Source: Amphiscolops sp. MND2022
Taxonomy: Eukaryota
Length of the DNA stretch: 64,000 bases
Direction: 5' to 3'
NCBI GenBank assembly: GCA_964187785.1
Contig: OZ076409.1
Span: 83,950,001-84,014,000 of the forward strand
Below are positions 42,682 through 56,770 of the stretch, piece by piece. Position 1 is the first letter of the stretch, and each line of letters begins with the position of its first letter. The position numbers were made by a program, and so were the translations under genes. The notes below the pieces were generated by a model. It was not told the origin of the DNA. It searched no databases and saw only the letters and a program-made list of their open reading frames with translations.

Positions 42682-43827
42682 GTTTTATATGTAAATGCCA
42701 GAACATTAGAAATGTTTTTTCTTACAAAAAATCTTGCAAAGCGCCAAATGTCCGTAAGGAAACAATCATCCGTTTTAGTCACTACTCACAGTTACACACA
42801 CGAGCGTTTTCGGGGGTATATGCGGTCACCTTATATGCGGTCACCGTATGTTTGAAATGAACTCTCCGAAACCTGGCATATGCAGTCCTTCTCTTTTGAG
42901 TGCATGTATCAACCGAACTTCTGAGATCTTTGTACAAAACATTGAAGCAATAGAAATTCATTGTACAAAACATTGTACAAAACTGATTGATGTAAACAGT
43001 AAAAAATTGCATTGATTGCAAATAATATGTACGCTATTTACAAAAGTAAATCCAACAGAACGAAATTTATCGCACTCAATCATCAACAAAAAAATACTCA
43101 ACTATTTCCCTTGAATATAAATATGGAAATTGATAATAATAAAAATACTGATAATAATAATAATAAGTAATCGCAATGCCAAACTACACTCAATATTAAA
43201 CTGCGCAGGACAAGTAACTCCGCTGTGTAAATAGCAATGCCAAGTTACACCTTTAGTATTAAGATATTAAGGGGGTTATTTGGAACGTGTAGATTGCTTC
43301 CAAAGGGGCTATTTGTCCTTAAGAATAACCCGTAAAACAGTTTTCCGCGGGCCATTTAAACCCCTGCAGTGGGAAACTAGTTCCAACAGTGCTAATGATA
43401 TTGTTATGATGCATTACAACTCCAGTTTATTACCACGTAACCAATGATGGATAGGTACCTGTACTGCGTTTTCAGTTTTAGCTTATTTCCAATTAAGTTT
43501 ACCGGTTACGTTTTTTACTTGGTTTTGGATAAAAAACTGCAGTTCCGGAGAATTGAAATTCAAGAAGAAGAACTGTTTTATGATATAACCGATTCCGAAC
43601 GTAATTGAGTTTTCATTCAACCGTGCCTCGATCTTTTCAGTTAATTCCCCCACACCGATTTAATACCCCTCCTGCAGTAATTAATTAAAAGAAAAAACTT
43701 TTGAATTGAAAAGTCTAATTTATTAAAAGAAAAAACTTTTGTTGAAAAGTCTAAAAAGCTTTAGACTTGAGGAAAAAAACGAAAAATACTCCTGTTTCTC
43801 ACGCAGAAACGTTTTTTTTCTCACACC

Positions 43828-44172
43828 CATTTTTGACGTTAGTTAAGACTAACCCCCTTTTTTTCACTGTTGGTCACGCTAACACCTATTTTTGACGTTA
43901 GTTAAGACTAACACCTCCTATTTTTGACGTTAGTTAAGACTAACACCTATTTTTGATGTTAGTTAAGACTAATACCTATTTTCGACGTGTTCTTGCCAAG
44001 ACAGATTATTGACGTTGGTCACGCGAACAATCGGACTTTTAACCGTTGAATCACAAAACTCTTTAAAACAAACTCGAATTTTCGACGTGTTCTTGCCAAG
44101 ACAGACTGTTGACGTTGGTCACGCGAACAATCGGACTTTTAACCGTTGAATCACAAAACTCTTTAAAACAAA
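43828..44172. repeat. Short tandem repeats (~30-bp units plus a ~100-bp duplication)
   Basis: ATTTTTGACGTTAGTTAAGACTAAC occurs 4 times; 43980-44072 is duplicated at 44080-44172. Confidence 0.8.
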
Positions 44173-44901
44173 CTTCCAGCTTGAGGGTTTCTACTTCTTA
44201 GGTACTGCATTCATGTGTGAGGATAATTTAGCAAAACAATCTCGAAAAGTTCATTATTTAGAAATTTTTGTTTTTTTTTTCAAAAAAATTTCAAATCATC
44301 AACTAATCATCCCCCCGGTTACCCATGGAGGAAAGTATTTCATCAGCATATTCTCTCATGACATACCAAGCCAACCCCCCAAGTCTTTAATCTCCCAGCT
44401 AAATCATGAAAAATTATCCTTGAATTAATTAATGGTAGTACCCTATTAATTTCATTTGTTTTTCCATGTACTATCTAGTAAGCACTATCTACTCATTTTT
44501 TGTAACTTCTTTCACTTTCAACTTATTTCTCAACCTCGCTCAGACATACGGATACGAAAACTAACACTAGAGAAGTGAATTTCCAAAGAAAGCGTAAGGG
44601 GAACAATACCATGGTGGAGACTACATTGTATGCGCTAAAACTACTAAATCTAAGCACCAATGGAGAGAGGGGAAAACGACAAAGTTTGCCAGGACCAAGA
44701 CTTGCGAAGCGACAGCTTAGGTGGGGAATGAAATGCAAAAAATGAATGAAGACATGAAGAAATGAACAATTGATAACGATTGAGAATTGAAGTGTTGAAT
44801 GAGAAAGTTACTCGATCAATTTTTGAAAATTTGACTCTTATTCGGATGAAAATGTTGTATAGAGAATATAGTTATATAGGTCGCTTGGCAAGGTCAAGGC
44901 T

Positions 44902-45279
44902 TCACTGGGCTTCCGCTCTTCGTAGGCGGCTTCGACGCTGACGCCTCTTCCGAGCTTCGGCCCTGCCTGTGGAGGACGTCTCCGACCACGTGACTGCCTC
45001 ATCGTAGATCTGGCTGCAGCCAGGGCCGTCGAACGTCCTCTCGGCTTCGTCCTTGACTCTTGCCAGCCTTTTGGTATCTTCAATTTCTTGCATTGATGGT
45101 GCTGAATGATTGTGGGCCCTTCTTTGAACTAATTGGCGGTCCTGCACCACGGCTGTCGCTGGGCAAGTCTTGACCTGGCATTTGAGGTAAATCGTGTCCC
45201 CTCTCTCCATTGACTTCAGATACAAGTATTCTCCACCATGGTAGTAGAGGCTCCCCTTACGCTTTCCCTGGAATGTCAC
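44902..45279 (-). CDS. FLYWCH-type zinc-finger protein (probably an exon or partial gene)
   Basis: GKRKG..YY...YLY...IYLKC-x4-CPATA...HNH and a basic tail. No in-frame ATG; an acceptor-like TTGTTAG lies upstream. Confidence 0.65.
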   Translation of the reverse strand: MTFQGKRKGSLYYHGGEYLYLKSMERGDTIYLKCQVKTCPATAVVQDRQLVQRRAHNHSAPSMQEIEDTKRLARVKDEAERTFDGPGCSQIYDEAVTWSETSSTGRAEARKRRQRRSRLRRAEAQ

Positions 45280-45674
45280 AAAGTTGGGAAGCTTGTTGTC
45301 ATTTCTAACAAAGTTGATTTCTCTATTTAGAATTTGAAGTGAATTTTAGCCAACTTGCACATTAAGTTGATTGATATATATTTCCTTAAATTTATAAACT
45401 AATTTGAAAAGCGTTTTCCTACTTTTGAATGTTCAACTGAATTTTTTAACCCCCCCTCCCCCACAGGGAAGTACAAAAAGTTGACTAAAACTTATATGCA
45501 ATTAATTTATATTTTTAATTGATTGCGGGTAATTAAAATATAAATTCATTGCAAATAAGATTTTTGTCAATTTTTTGTACCACTCTTCAGATCGTTCGAA
45601 AAAAGTTCAAAAAGACTGCTATTCATTCATCTGAATTTCCTTTCTTCTCTCTGGGCTGGCCTTTGAGCATCAAC

Positions 45675-46247
45675 TTATTCACTTTCACTAAGCCGCTGAT
45701 ATTTTCCTTGACAATGCGGAAATAAATGCAAATACTTTTCACATTGGACTTTGTTCGGACATTGTCGTTTCGCGATAAAGGTCTGGAATATTTCAATAAC
45801 TTTAGCTTCTTGGTCGGGAGGCCAATATGCCCTTTTGCCTTCTTTCCTTCTGACTCTGGCAAGAGGATCTCCTTTTTCAACAGCGGAATAACCGCGCATT
45901 AGTTCTTGCCTAAGAAGTATTTTGTCTCTGCTAATAACGGTATCCACTTCGTTTAAATTTAGTCCGCGCACTTCATTCATCTTACAGTGATCGATTAAGT
46001 ACATAAGTTTTGTGATTTTTGCAGTTTCTACTGACTCGAGAGGCATTCTGTAATACTTTCCATGGATCTCCAGGGAGTGCCCCAAGTGTTCAGCGACCCA
46101 CGATTTTTGATACTTCGGGAGTTCCATCATTTGAAGAGCTGTCGCGCAGTACTTGCGCATTGCTGTCGCTCTTAGCACTTCAGGTTTTCCCAACTGGGGG
46201 ACTTCTTTTGTAATTTGATTCAGCAGAATTCGGGATTTCTCACCCAA
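45675..46247 (-). pseudogene. Tyrosine-recombinase C-terminal fragment (Crypton-like)
   Basis: ATAMRKYCAT...VAEHLGHSLEIHGKYYR matches YR box II (R...LGH...Y). The N-terminal catalytic part was not seen. Confidence 0.65.
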
Positions 46248-47818
46248 ATTGTTTTTTTGTTTCCACAGATTCTTTTTGGAACTATTTGCAGCGATTGGCT
46301 TGTAACTGGTCTTTTCCTCAAAAATTTTCCTGAACCTCGTTTTACTCTGGTTCTAGTTGAGCTGGTGTCGAAACTACTTGATTGTGTTTCCTTCCGCGAG
46401 CTGGAACGAAAAAAATCAGACATATAAGTATCTACGGGTTTTAAAAATCAACTTGGAGGTCTGTGGTTGACCCTTTTGCGAGGGTAATGTAACGTTTCCA
46501 AGTGATCGGAAATTTTGAATTGAAATTAGTGGAGCAACATTTGTTAAAGCTACTTTCCAAAGACATAATCTGCAAGTGGGAGAGAAGTTTTAAAAACAAT
46601 TGAAGAAATCAAACATGCTGCTTTGGCTCTCAGTTTGATCATCAGTCAATTTTTCAATCGATTGACTTGAGCATGACCTCGCATCCGGATTTGCTTTGAA
46701 TTTCGAAGCATAAATTCTCACGCCTTTCAGAATTTTCCGCACAGGGCTAGTGGAAACAAGGCAAGCTGTTTGATTCAAGTCGACGGGATCCGCATCTTCA
46801 TCGTAGCTTGGGGAAACAATTGTTTGGGGATTCTTTTTTGGAACTTCAGTTCGAAAAGAATTGTCGATAGGTAGATTGTGCCAACCACCAGTTTTCCCGA
46901 TGTTTCCAGGGATGAGTGTTGTTTTTGTAATCATATCTCAATTCGTCTCCTAAATTAGGAACATAGAAGTCAATTGCGGTCCATAATGATTTCTTCAGCA
47001 TAAAAAACGGCTCATTCAGTTCTCAGAAGCAAAGATTCGAAAAGGAAATCACCAAAATAGAGAAAAATCCTCCATAGCAGAACTTGGCAAGAACTGATCA
47101 TTATTTGTATCCAGAAAAAAATGATCATTTCTTGATCATGAAACTTTTCCATTTGAAAATTGGAAAAAAACTAATATTCCAGTTTGGAGAAAAAGTCTAA
47201 AAAAGTGAAACCGGAAGAAAAAAAAGCAAAAAAACTTCTAAAGCATAGCTTGACAATAACTAAGCATTTTTTAGAAAAACATCGTCAGGTTTAACAGTGA
47301 CTGCATTTCTGGTTTTGACTTCATATTGCTTCCTAAGGAATAGTTATCGACCGCATATACTGGCCCGAATGCCCGCAAACACATGTGTGAATTTCCAAAA
47401 TTATTGTTCTTCGAACGCGTCTGCATCTCTACAGGCCAATTCAATAATCTCCGAAACGTTTTTAGAACCTGACATTTCACATCAAAGATGTTCCATTTTT
47501 GTTTTTTTCTTTCACATCAGTACGACAATATTTGTTCATAAAAGGTGATTAAGAAACAAAATCGAAAAATCGAAGACAAAATTATTGTTCCTTGAATATG
47601 TCTGCATATGTACAACTTAATTTTCAAATACCCCAAATTTTTTTAGAACCTCCCATTTCACATCAAAACTTTGATCCTAATTTTTAATTTTTCTTTGACA
47701 TCCGTACGACAAAATTTGTTCACAAGAGGCGAATACGATCAAAAGGGAAAAATCGAAGACAAAAGCATTGTTCCTTGAACAAGACAGTTTGGTTGAAAGT
47801 TGCTTTATAAAACAAACT

Positions 47819-48220
47819 CTAACCAGTTTTAATGGTTTTTAAAGCTCGGAACCAGAGAACACAAGATGGTTGCGCGTTTTCTTCGTAAGAATGAAAATGA
47901 GGTTCACAATTGGCCTTGTGGAAATGGTCCGTATCATTGATGAAACGTCCGAAACTGGTTTCTTCTGTACCGTCAATAGTCCATTGCTTGTTTCGCCATT
48001 CGATTCCGAATATTGCTGCACCAACTTTTTTCTCCTGAGAAAGTTTGCCAAGATAATTCACAATGAAGTCTCCCTTCTGAAAATCTTTTTTAGCGAAAAC
48101 TCCTACACCAATTGACTTCGACACGACCCTCACTTCCAACCAATCAGGATCGTTGCGAGCAAACATTTGAGCTAGGTCCGTTGGGGATTGCTGTTTCTCC
48201 CTTGCACCTCTCGTTCTCAT
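47819..48220 (-). CDS. SET-domain lysine methyltransferase exon (SETD8/PR-Set7-like; element-borne or decayed)
   Basis: IGVGVFAKKDFQKGDFIVNYLG, IDGT, FGRFIND, ANC, FRALKTIKTG; ends at a possible donor before the expected E(L/I)xYDY motif. Confidence 0.7.
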   Translation of the reverse strand: MRTRGAREKQQSPTDLAQMFARNDPDWLEVRVVSKSIGVGVFAKKDFQKGDFIVNYLGKLSQEKKVGAAIFGIEWRNKQWTIDGTEETSFGRFINDTDHFHKANCEPHFHSYEENAQPSCVLWFRALKTIKTG

Positions 48221-48602
48221 GTTGACAGAAAGAGGCTTTGTATTTCTTTCGAAGTTCACTGAAACAATAAATCCATGTTTAAAGATAAAACCCAAGTTGA
48301 ATTTTTACCAAGTTTATTCCACTACTTATGCAGGTCAACCCTGGATACTAATCACTTCACCTTTTTCAACAACGTTGATCACATTTTCGTAAGAAGGTTT
48401 GTGGAACGTTTTCCAAAATTGAACAAAAAATTCGACGTCAAAGAATATGAAACAGCAAATTTTATAATGAGGAGTATAACAAAGGAGCGAAATCAACGTG
48501 GGGGGAAATGCGCAACGGTAAAACAAAACACCTGCTAAATTTATATGGGGTGAATTACAGTTATGCGTAATGATACTAAACCAAAGTTAACTTGAAATTC
48601 AA

Positions 48603-49143
48603 AATAAAACGGGAACGGCCAAAGTCGGCGCCATATCTAAGGCTCAAAATTTAAAAGGGGGACCCTTCGGGCTTTGTGAAACTCCAGCTGGTCGCAAAAA
48701 ATTTTTAAAAAATTGAAGGGGGGACCCTCTGGAGACATGAAAAAATTTCCGAAAAATTGTTTTAATGAGATTTTTGAACAGTGTCACAGTGCCGAAAAAT
48801 GTAAAAGGGGGGACCCTTTGCGAATTTTTGGCATCCATTGTGTTGCAAAACATCAAAAAAAATTGAAGGGGGGACCCTTTGGGGAAAAAATTTCAATCCA
48901 AAAAGTTTCAAAAAGTCGCATAGTTCCGAAAAAAAGTGGGGATCCTTAGTGTGATTTCGAGCTTGTGGACGTCTGTTTTGTTTTTTCTTTTCGTTTTGGA
49001 CGCTTCTGAGGTTGGAGTTGTTGAGGTTTGAAGTTGTGGAGGTTGTTGAACAAATGAACAAAAAGTGGACCTTTCGTGTCTAAAAAAAACTACCCACTGT
49101 AATAGTCGGGCACATTTTCTACTAAAATGCGCCGACTAAAAAC
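48603..49143 (-). mobile_element. HINE-like element, family B copy
   Basis: Ends ACGGGAACGGCCAAAGTCGGCGCC... and ...ATGCGCCGACTAAAAAC match the 12205-12786 element in inverted orientation; internal GGGGGACCC repeats. Confidence 0.65.
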
Positions 49144-50909
49144 TGACTGGTATAGAATAGAAAAAAAGGTAATCCTTTGTATGTAAAACGACTTGGCGTT
49201 GCCGTTTGTGAAACGAAGTTTTTCAATGAATGCGAATGATGAAACGTCTCAATTTTTAAAGAAGGCTTGACCGTAAAAGTCGATTTAATACAAAGTCACG
49301 GATATGAGTTCGTGCCAGCCAGAATCAATAAAAATTTAACATATTTTTGAAGATTTTCACGAACATATTTCAAATCAAGGACCGTCCGTTTGAAATTGTT
49401 TTAGGTTCTCACGTTATGCCCTGGAAAAGTAGGTAAAAAATAAGTTTTCCTCCCACCTGTAAAAAAAATAAACGTCTCAATCGTTATTCGAATCCTCAAT
49501 AAATCCTTTGAACATGTTCACTTTTGATTTCATTAGGCTTTGTTTCAATGGATTCTTCTATCTTAGTTTCCTTTGATCTGCTGGAGTTCGTTTTCAGAAA
49601 AACTTCGAAAAAGTTAGTTTGATGGATTTTTAAACAAAATAAGAGCAAATAAAGAATTCTATATTAGTTTAAAATAACAAAAATGGAATGAGTTTCACTT
49701 AACATAAAAACAAATTGGTTTCCGAGACATTTTACTGTGTGGATAAAAACGATCAATGGTAAAAACAATTCTTCATCGAACTAAATAAATTTGAGAGGTC
49801 AAAAACTTTCACAATTCAAAAGTTTCACTGACAAAATGCATTACAATTACAGATGAAAATTCGTGAGTTCAATTGTTCAACTGGGTTTTCACTTTTATTT
49901 CTATGTTGTGAAACTAATTTCACTTTTATGTTAAGATGGACTACTTTTGTTATTTGCTCCCATATTTGGTATGTAATCGTGAATAGTTACTTACACGCTT
50001 TGAGTATAACACTGCTGTAATTGTATCTGCCCTTGAAACTTCAATAAAATAATGGAAACGATAATGGATAGTGTACTGATGGAAACTTCAAGGAGAGAGA
50101 ACGTGAAAGTAAGGAAAGTAAATAAACAACATGAACTGAGAAGTTATGGTTTTTGCACTAATTTCGTTGTCGTTACGTGTAGCTGGCAATCAATGTCAGA
50201 CAGTTTCACGACTAAAGTGATCAACCAATAAGAATCAAGTAAAATTGATTTCAAGTTAACTCGGTTTTACGACAGACGTGAACGAACGATTCTGGACCTC
50301 ATATCGTAATTTAAACACACTTCGCGGACCAATCAGCGTTTACTTCATACTCAGGTAAACAAATTGAAAGCCTCGTTTTACTAACTGGCAAATCTTTTGC
50401 AAATACTGAGCGACTGAACTACTGTTAAATTCACTAGCTAGAGTGAACATGCATCAACTGTATGAAGTAAGGATGAGAGCTTGAATACAATATAATGAAT
50501 ACAAACTGAATGAAAGTTAGCATGCAAAAGTATCGGACTCTTTGATAGCCTGAAGAAACGTTAAATATAGAACTCAGGTCATTGGAAACATACTTCAAAA
50601 AGCGAATGAATTCAAAGCTAGTTTTAATCAAAAATTAAACGGCAGAAAGATGACTAAACGGCTGAAATTATAAGAAAGATCATTCTACCTGTATACTTTG
50701 CGCAAACACTGCCCGTCTAATTGTTATTAAATATTATTCTTAGTAGTATTCCCATACTTTTTTGTATTTTTTAATTCTTTATTAGCATCAATAATAATAA
50801 TTTTATATTAAATTTCCGGTATTGCCCCACACTGTGTGCTGAAAAACGCCCGAAAACTTGGTATTTTTTAAAAGTCGAGTCAATTTAAGCACAAGTAAAG
50901 TGAACAATC

Positions 50910-51385
50910 AACAAGACGGGAACGTCTAAAGTCGGCGCTATATCTAAGGCTTTAAAAGCGCAAAAGACTTTTTTTGAGAAAAAAACTTGAAATTTTTGAA
51001 TTTTTTTCTTTCAGAAACCGTCGCATAGTGCCGAAAAATGTAAAGGGGGGACCCTTTGAGCTTTATTAACATATATTCTGTTGCAAAATATGAAAAAACT
51101 CGAAGGGGGGACCCTTTTGAGACATTAAAATTTTTTTCGAAAAAAAGTCGCACAGTGCCGAAAAAAATCCAAAGGGGGGACCCTTTAAGCACGTCCGGTT
51201 TTGTAGGTTACGTTAAAATAGTAAAAAATGAAAGGGGGACCCTTTTGCACTAATTTCCGCTGACCCGGCTTGGCCTTATGGTAGTAGTTTTAGTAGTTTC
51301 GATTGTAAGAAGTGGCCCAATCAGAGTGAGATTGTAGTCTGACGAAAAAAAAAGAAAAAAAAACTAGCCACTGTAAGAGTCACTT
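50910..51385 (-). mobile_element. HINE-like element, family B copy (5'-truncated)
   Basis: AACAAGACGGGAACGTCTAAAGTCGGCGCTATATCTAAGGCT end and GGGGGACCC internal repeats. Confidence 0.65.
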
Positions 51386-52580
51386 AAAACTTCTCGAGAA
51401 ACACCCTTCTCACAGTTAGCGCACAAAAGTATTCTCTTTCCATTCTGAATAAGATTCTTTTTTAATATAAATTTTATAATTCATTTTAATAATATTTAAA
51501 AAATTTTCTAAAGTAATAAGATAAGTTATTTAATTGTTTGTTTCCCAATAATTTTGTTGGTATTGATTAGGTTTAATAATTTTCTATTTTTATATATAAC
51601 AAAAACATCTCTTTTTAAAGTGAGTTGATTTAATTCTTTTTTATTGAGACTTATTTGAGATGTTAGTCTTTTCTTTGGATTGAATTCTTTCTAAAAATAT
51701 GGATTTTTCTAGGATTTGAAGCTGAAATTTAGCGTCAATTTTTGAAAACGAAATTTTTTTCATCATTTCAATTAATTCTTCAATTATATTATCAAGTTAT
51801 AATGACAATTTTATTGAATGAGAGATAATTCAAGTTCATTGCTTAACTTCGTGGTTGGGAGAATATCATTGATCAAAACTTGTGACACCAACATGAAAAC
51901 GTATCTTCCCAAATCTGACCACGTATCATAGAAAAGCCTAATTGTCTTCTGTGTCGACTCAAGTTTTACCTCGAAGCAATTCAGAAATTGTTCCTTCCGA
52001 TAAATATATCTGTTGATTATCGGCACGCCTATTGAACAACCTAATGAAGCAGGGAAAAAGCAGTTAAAAGATAAAAGTAGTTTGAAAAGAAGTAGTACAT
52101 GTGTTCCTAGGTATCTTTTCAACTCTTTGTACTACATGTCGCCTTTTTGGACCTTTCATTTTCATCTGTACTGCTATCTCTGGTTCAAGGAGATTATAAA
52201 ACAATTACGAACCTGAGATACAATTACCAAAAATGTGGTGACTTCAGATGGGTGCTTCCGGAGTAAGTTCACACTCACGTGTTTTGGACCTTGAACTCCG
52301 AACAACTGGATACGGGTCCAAGTATTTTAAAAAATAACTGCGGCCTAATAGCCGGCAAATTTGTTCTTTTTCAAGTATGTATACTACGAAACATCTTCCA
52401 CAGACTTCTTGCACGTCTCTAAGAGGTTTTTTTAACGTCGATTGAGTGCCTGACCGCACAACGGTGACCCCATATCTGGGTTGGACTGCATACCGGTGCT
52501 TAAGGAAGAAGTGTTGACCGGATATCTTGCCTTGAAAGCAGCCAAAAAATGTTAAACATTGAAAAACTATAAAAGTTTTT

Positions 52581-54016
52581 TTACTGGGATGGATTTGCAG
52601 ACGTGGTAGCCATCAAGGGAATTACGTTCTTCGGGTTTCTTTTGGCTCCAAACTGGAGTAAATGCTGTCGTCCACATTGTCCGCAGGCGTTGTAGGAGTT
52701 TCGTTTTTCCTTTGTTACAGCTTTCTGAGGAGTGAAACTATTCTTGTTGTCCTGCAGCACACATAAGCTATCGTGATAGTAGTGATTACCACAGCAGAGA
52801 GGAAAATAAGAGTTTTTCCTTGGGAGCCCTCCCGTGTTCGCTTTTGACTTCCTCCACAAATGGGTCCAACACTGTCATCAGCATAGTGTCTGTTATAGCC
52901 TGGTCCGGAAACCCCGCGAGGTTCATTTTCAGATGCCCTAGTAGCCGCTGGTGGATCTCCCCCATCATTTGCTCAGGAATGACTTCCTTGATTTCTTCTA
53001 TTCTTTCAAACAAAGGTTGTAGCAATGGTGTCGGTAAAATTTGCACTACCTGCTGGCTCAAGTCCCGATTCGTCTCGTCTTCGAGCATCTTTGTTTGTAT
53101 TTCATGGTCTTGCAATCCATCGAGAAACTGTTCTTTCATGTGAATAGTCCCGGCCTCATCTGGGAGTGAACAAAAGACCCCCTCTGCTGCTATTCGGATC
53201 CGTCGAGCAAAGTCTTGAATACTTTCGTCCGCGAGTTGTTTCAAGAAGCGAAATTCACTTCGCAAGATTTTCCCATCACAGTATTGTTGCATCCGAGGGG
53301 TCAAAAAGGTCAGCAAGGCCTCCAACGTCGGTGCAGGGTAACCTCGAATGTAGTCGGTCATATGGGCTCGGACAGTTCCATAATCTTCCAAGGCCCAGCC
53401 TGTAAGGCATGCCGGGATAGCTTGTATGCTCTGGATATCCGTCCAGCCATTTGCTTGTGCGACACTTGAAATGTTTCACGTGGACACCCCAACGGTCGAG
53501 TCCTTTTGACGGAAACCGTTCTGGTCTGACTGGAACCCCGCTGAAAACCGGTTTTTCTTTGAGGTACAGAGGTTTCCGCAGTTTCCTCTTTCGAGGCATG
53601 CAGTGTTTCTAGTTGCACCGACATTGCTCCAATCTGTTCCTCAGTTCTCGCATGCGTTGTTCACGCTCTCTATTCTCACGTTCCAGAATTTCCATGGAGA
53701 TATTCGTTAAGTCAGTACCCCGTGTTGTAAATGGCCTTCTGAATTGTTCAACTGCTGGACGGAAGTCTGCCGGGGAGGCTAAATTTGGATGGGAGTTTCT
53801 TCGATGACGTCGATCTGTCGCGCGCGAAAAGTTCAAATTCGCAGGAATGGATAAGAGACCCTCGGGTAACGGGGTGTTTTCATTCGTCATTAAACTAAGA
53901 TAGCCCACCCAGGAGCGCCACTGTAGAATTTCACTGTGAGTGAAATGGGTCGTCTTTCGTTTGACCAGCCGTGAGAACTCGTCTCTCTCGAGGTAAAGAG
54001 TGATTTCTCTCCACAA
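52581..54016 (-). pseudogene. Frameshifted Ty3/Gypsy-like gag remnant
   Basis: RPERF...W..HFK, LRSEFRFLKQLADESIQDFARRIR and KEQFLDGLQD are capsid-like; degenerate knuckle CGQCGRQH; split over several frames. Confidence 0.65.
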
Positions 54017-55247
54017 AAATATTTAAAGGGTTGTGGTGGACTCTACTGCAAAATATTTGCCTCAGTGTTCCCCCGAACTGCTTGAATTTGGCCTCACAGA
54101 ACTCCGATCGCGAAGATAAACTACAATCTCGAAAGATTTCAGTGCAATGTAAATAATGGTATACAAGTACGTGAAGTAACAGTAGGTATAACAATATTGG
54201 GTTTATAAAACAACACTTTACTCACACTCGGTAATAGGCTTTACTGGTATCAAAACAGTCTCTGTAGAACAGATGGAAATTGTCGTCACAAAGCTACAAG
54301 ATTTCCACAATATCAACTCTGCGATTTGTTTCAGGCGCCTACTCTCTAGCCTGTTCCGTTCCGCTTGTACCGTTTATTTTTTCCCCACGTCTTTCATCTC
54401 GCCGGTCTCAGTCGTTGCCAGTCATCTCGCGACAACTGTTTTTTATTCGTGTCTGTCCCTTGCCGCCTATCAGTCCCCCGTTACTTCTAAAGTCCTTTCC
54501 ATGACTCGGGTTATCACGTGAGCAGCGTTTTCCGTTTTAAATCCCTTCTACATCAGTTCATCGACCGCGCGACGCTTGCGTGCGTACAACTACTCGTATT
54601 TGCAAATTCAACGTCGCGCGTCGTGTCGTTTATAGTTCGCGGCACCCCCGTCAATTGGAGTCAGTAATTCTCATTCAAGCGCCTCGTTCGACTGTTTACC
54701 CTTTTTAAAAATTTCTATAAACTTTCCCTGAAAGTCATGATTCCCTTTCTTGCATGTCGTTGCATGTGTACTACATAATATTGAAGTGAGTTTTATTCCA
54801 TTATGTGAAATATGGCATGGGAGGTTACTTATAGACTCTAGAAATGGGATTTTAATTGACTTTTCTCATAAAATAGCAAAAGTGGCTCTAACGATTGATA
54901 TAACTACCTTTGATGAGTCTTTGGGTCGAATTTCACGTCGATATGTCGAAAATTGTGCATTCGGGGGAAGTTAGAAAGTCAAAAATTGATACATAAAAAT
55001 TTTGTTCTGCAGTCGCATTATTTGACGTTCCTTCATGCTGGCGGCGGTTATAGTTCGTTCCCTGGATAATTCACAATAAAAAATCCACATCCTTAATTTG
55101 GAGAACGCGCTAGTTCACCGCTTCCCAATTATCCGCGTACATTGCATGTGCACGTGACACACACTCTGTAGTTATCCGTGCTGACGTGTGTCATATTTTC
55201 CGTTACTCCACTGAAATACACTAGCTCACATACATTGTTTGTTGCAA

Positions 55248-56141
55248 TGGATAATTCAGTTACTAATCTGCCCTACCGTTCCCCTTCAACTTCTGTGTCG
55301 TTAGAGACTCGTAGCAGTCCCGTCTTGAATGAATATTCGAATTTACTTCCGCTTTCACCTGTAGAAATAATGAAAGTGACACTAAAATTATCCACCCACT
55401 TTGGTCACGTGTTCCGTCGTTTTCGAATTTTGACCTAAATGCAATTCCGCCGAAAGATGCGTGTTTTCTACCTTCCTCCATCACGTGTCTCCGAGGTTTA
55501 TTGAAGAAATACCTGTTTTTATCGACCAGCGAGTCACCAAAAGTACCGCTCTTGTTACCCGCGGTTCGTGGTTCGCTCCGGGTCACGTAGAAGTAGGGGG
55601 TGCAGCTGGATTCGCGTATTTATTGAACGGGATTAAGATTTGGCGCCTTTCCTAATCTTCGTTAGACGTGGCTGCTTTACTGGAACGTTCACTACAGACG
55701 CCGCTCGACTTCATTCATTGCATGCAGAGAGCGCCGCGCGAGAAAGAGGCAGCTGGTATTCTTTTCGCCGTTCAGCGTTAAGTGGATTTACGTTACGTTC
55801 CTCACCTAACGACTCATTCCGTGTTAACCTTCGATTTGAGATCAACAATTTTACCGGGGTGGGATTGCTGTAATATCAGTAATGAGAATCTGATTGTTCA
55901 GTTATTTGATAATTTTTCACCCGGAGGGACGAAGGAACGTTGGCGTGAACAGTTCCGACTGAGAGGTTTCGACAGTTTCAAAAAGTGGTGTTTTGAATTG
56001 GACCCTGACTCAGAAATGTATCAGCACGCTGATTATCTGGAAAAGTGGTGTCCTAACTTGGTAAAAAACATTTCGGTATCCGCCAGAAAAAGCAGGAAGA
56101 GAAAGTATAGTTTTGATCGAAAATCATCACTCACATTTTAA
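55248..56141 (+). pseudogene. JmjC-domain pseudogene, copy 2
   Basis: FAPGHVE, GIKIW and DLRYVPHLTTHSVLT; internal stops and a deletion relative to copy 1. Confidence 0.6.
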
Positions 56142-56770
56142 TAGTTATTGCAATAGTTTTCATTCATTTTCCTTTATTTCCAGTTTGGTATCGCTTTTTA
56201 TTGTAAAATTGTGCTTTTATAATTTGGACAGCGGCCCCCGTGCGTAATTTAATGGGCGCACAGTTTGCTTTCTTTAATTTTGCGAGCGGGGAATTAGCCG
56301 TTCGTTGCTCTTGCTGTGTTGCGAGAGTGGCGGCTATCGCTTACGCGAAGTAAATGATTAGTCAGTCTTGTAGGATCGAGCGAACAAAATAGAAGAATGA
56401 GTTGAGTCCAGTCAGTAAGAGGAGTTGCATTCTCAGGCTATTATTTCTTGTTTGTCCAAACATTACTGCAAAAGTAGGCACATTCTTCATTTAGAATGTA
56501 TTGGATAACTTCCCCACATAGGGACTAATTCCTTCATGGAAAGAAAAAGTATAGAAATTCTTTGTTCTTAACGTATGCCTCGGGGTTGCAAAATACAATT
56601 CAAATGAGTACCGATAGCAAACAATTCAATAATTTTCCTTAAAACAGCTCAATTCTAAAGTTAATAAAATCAGCGTTGTTGAATTGTTAACTGTACCAAA
56701 TTTCAAGTCTCTAGTACATTTGAGTCAAAAGTTGTGCAAATTGAATAAATTATGCTGTCATAATTGCATA

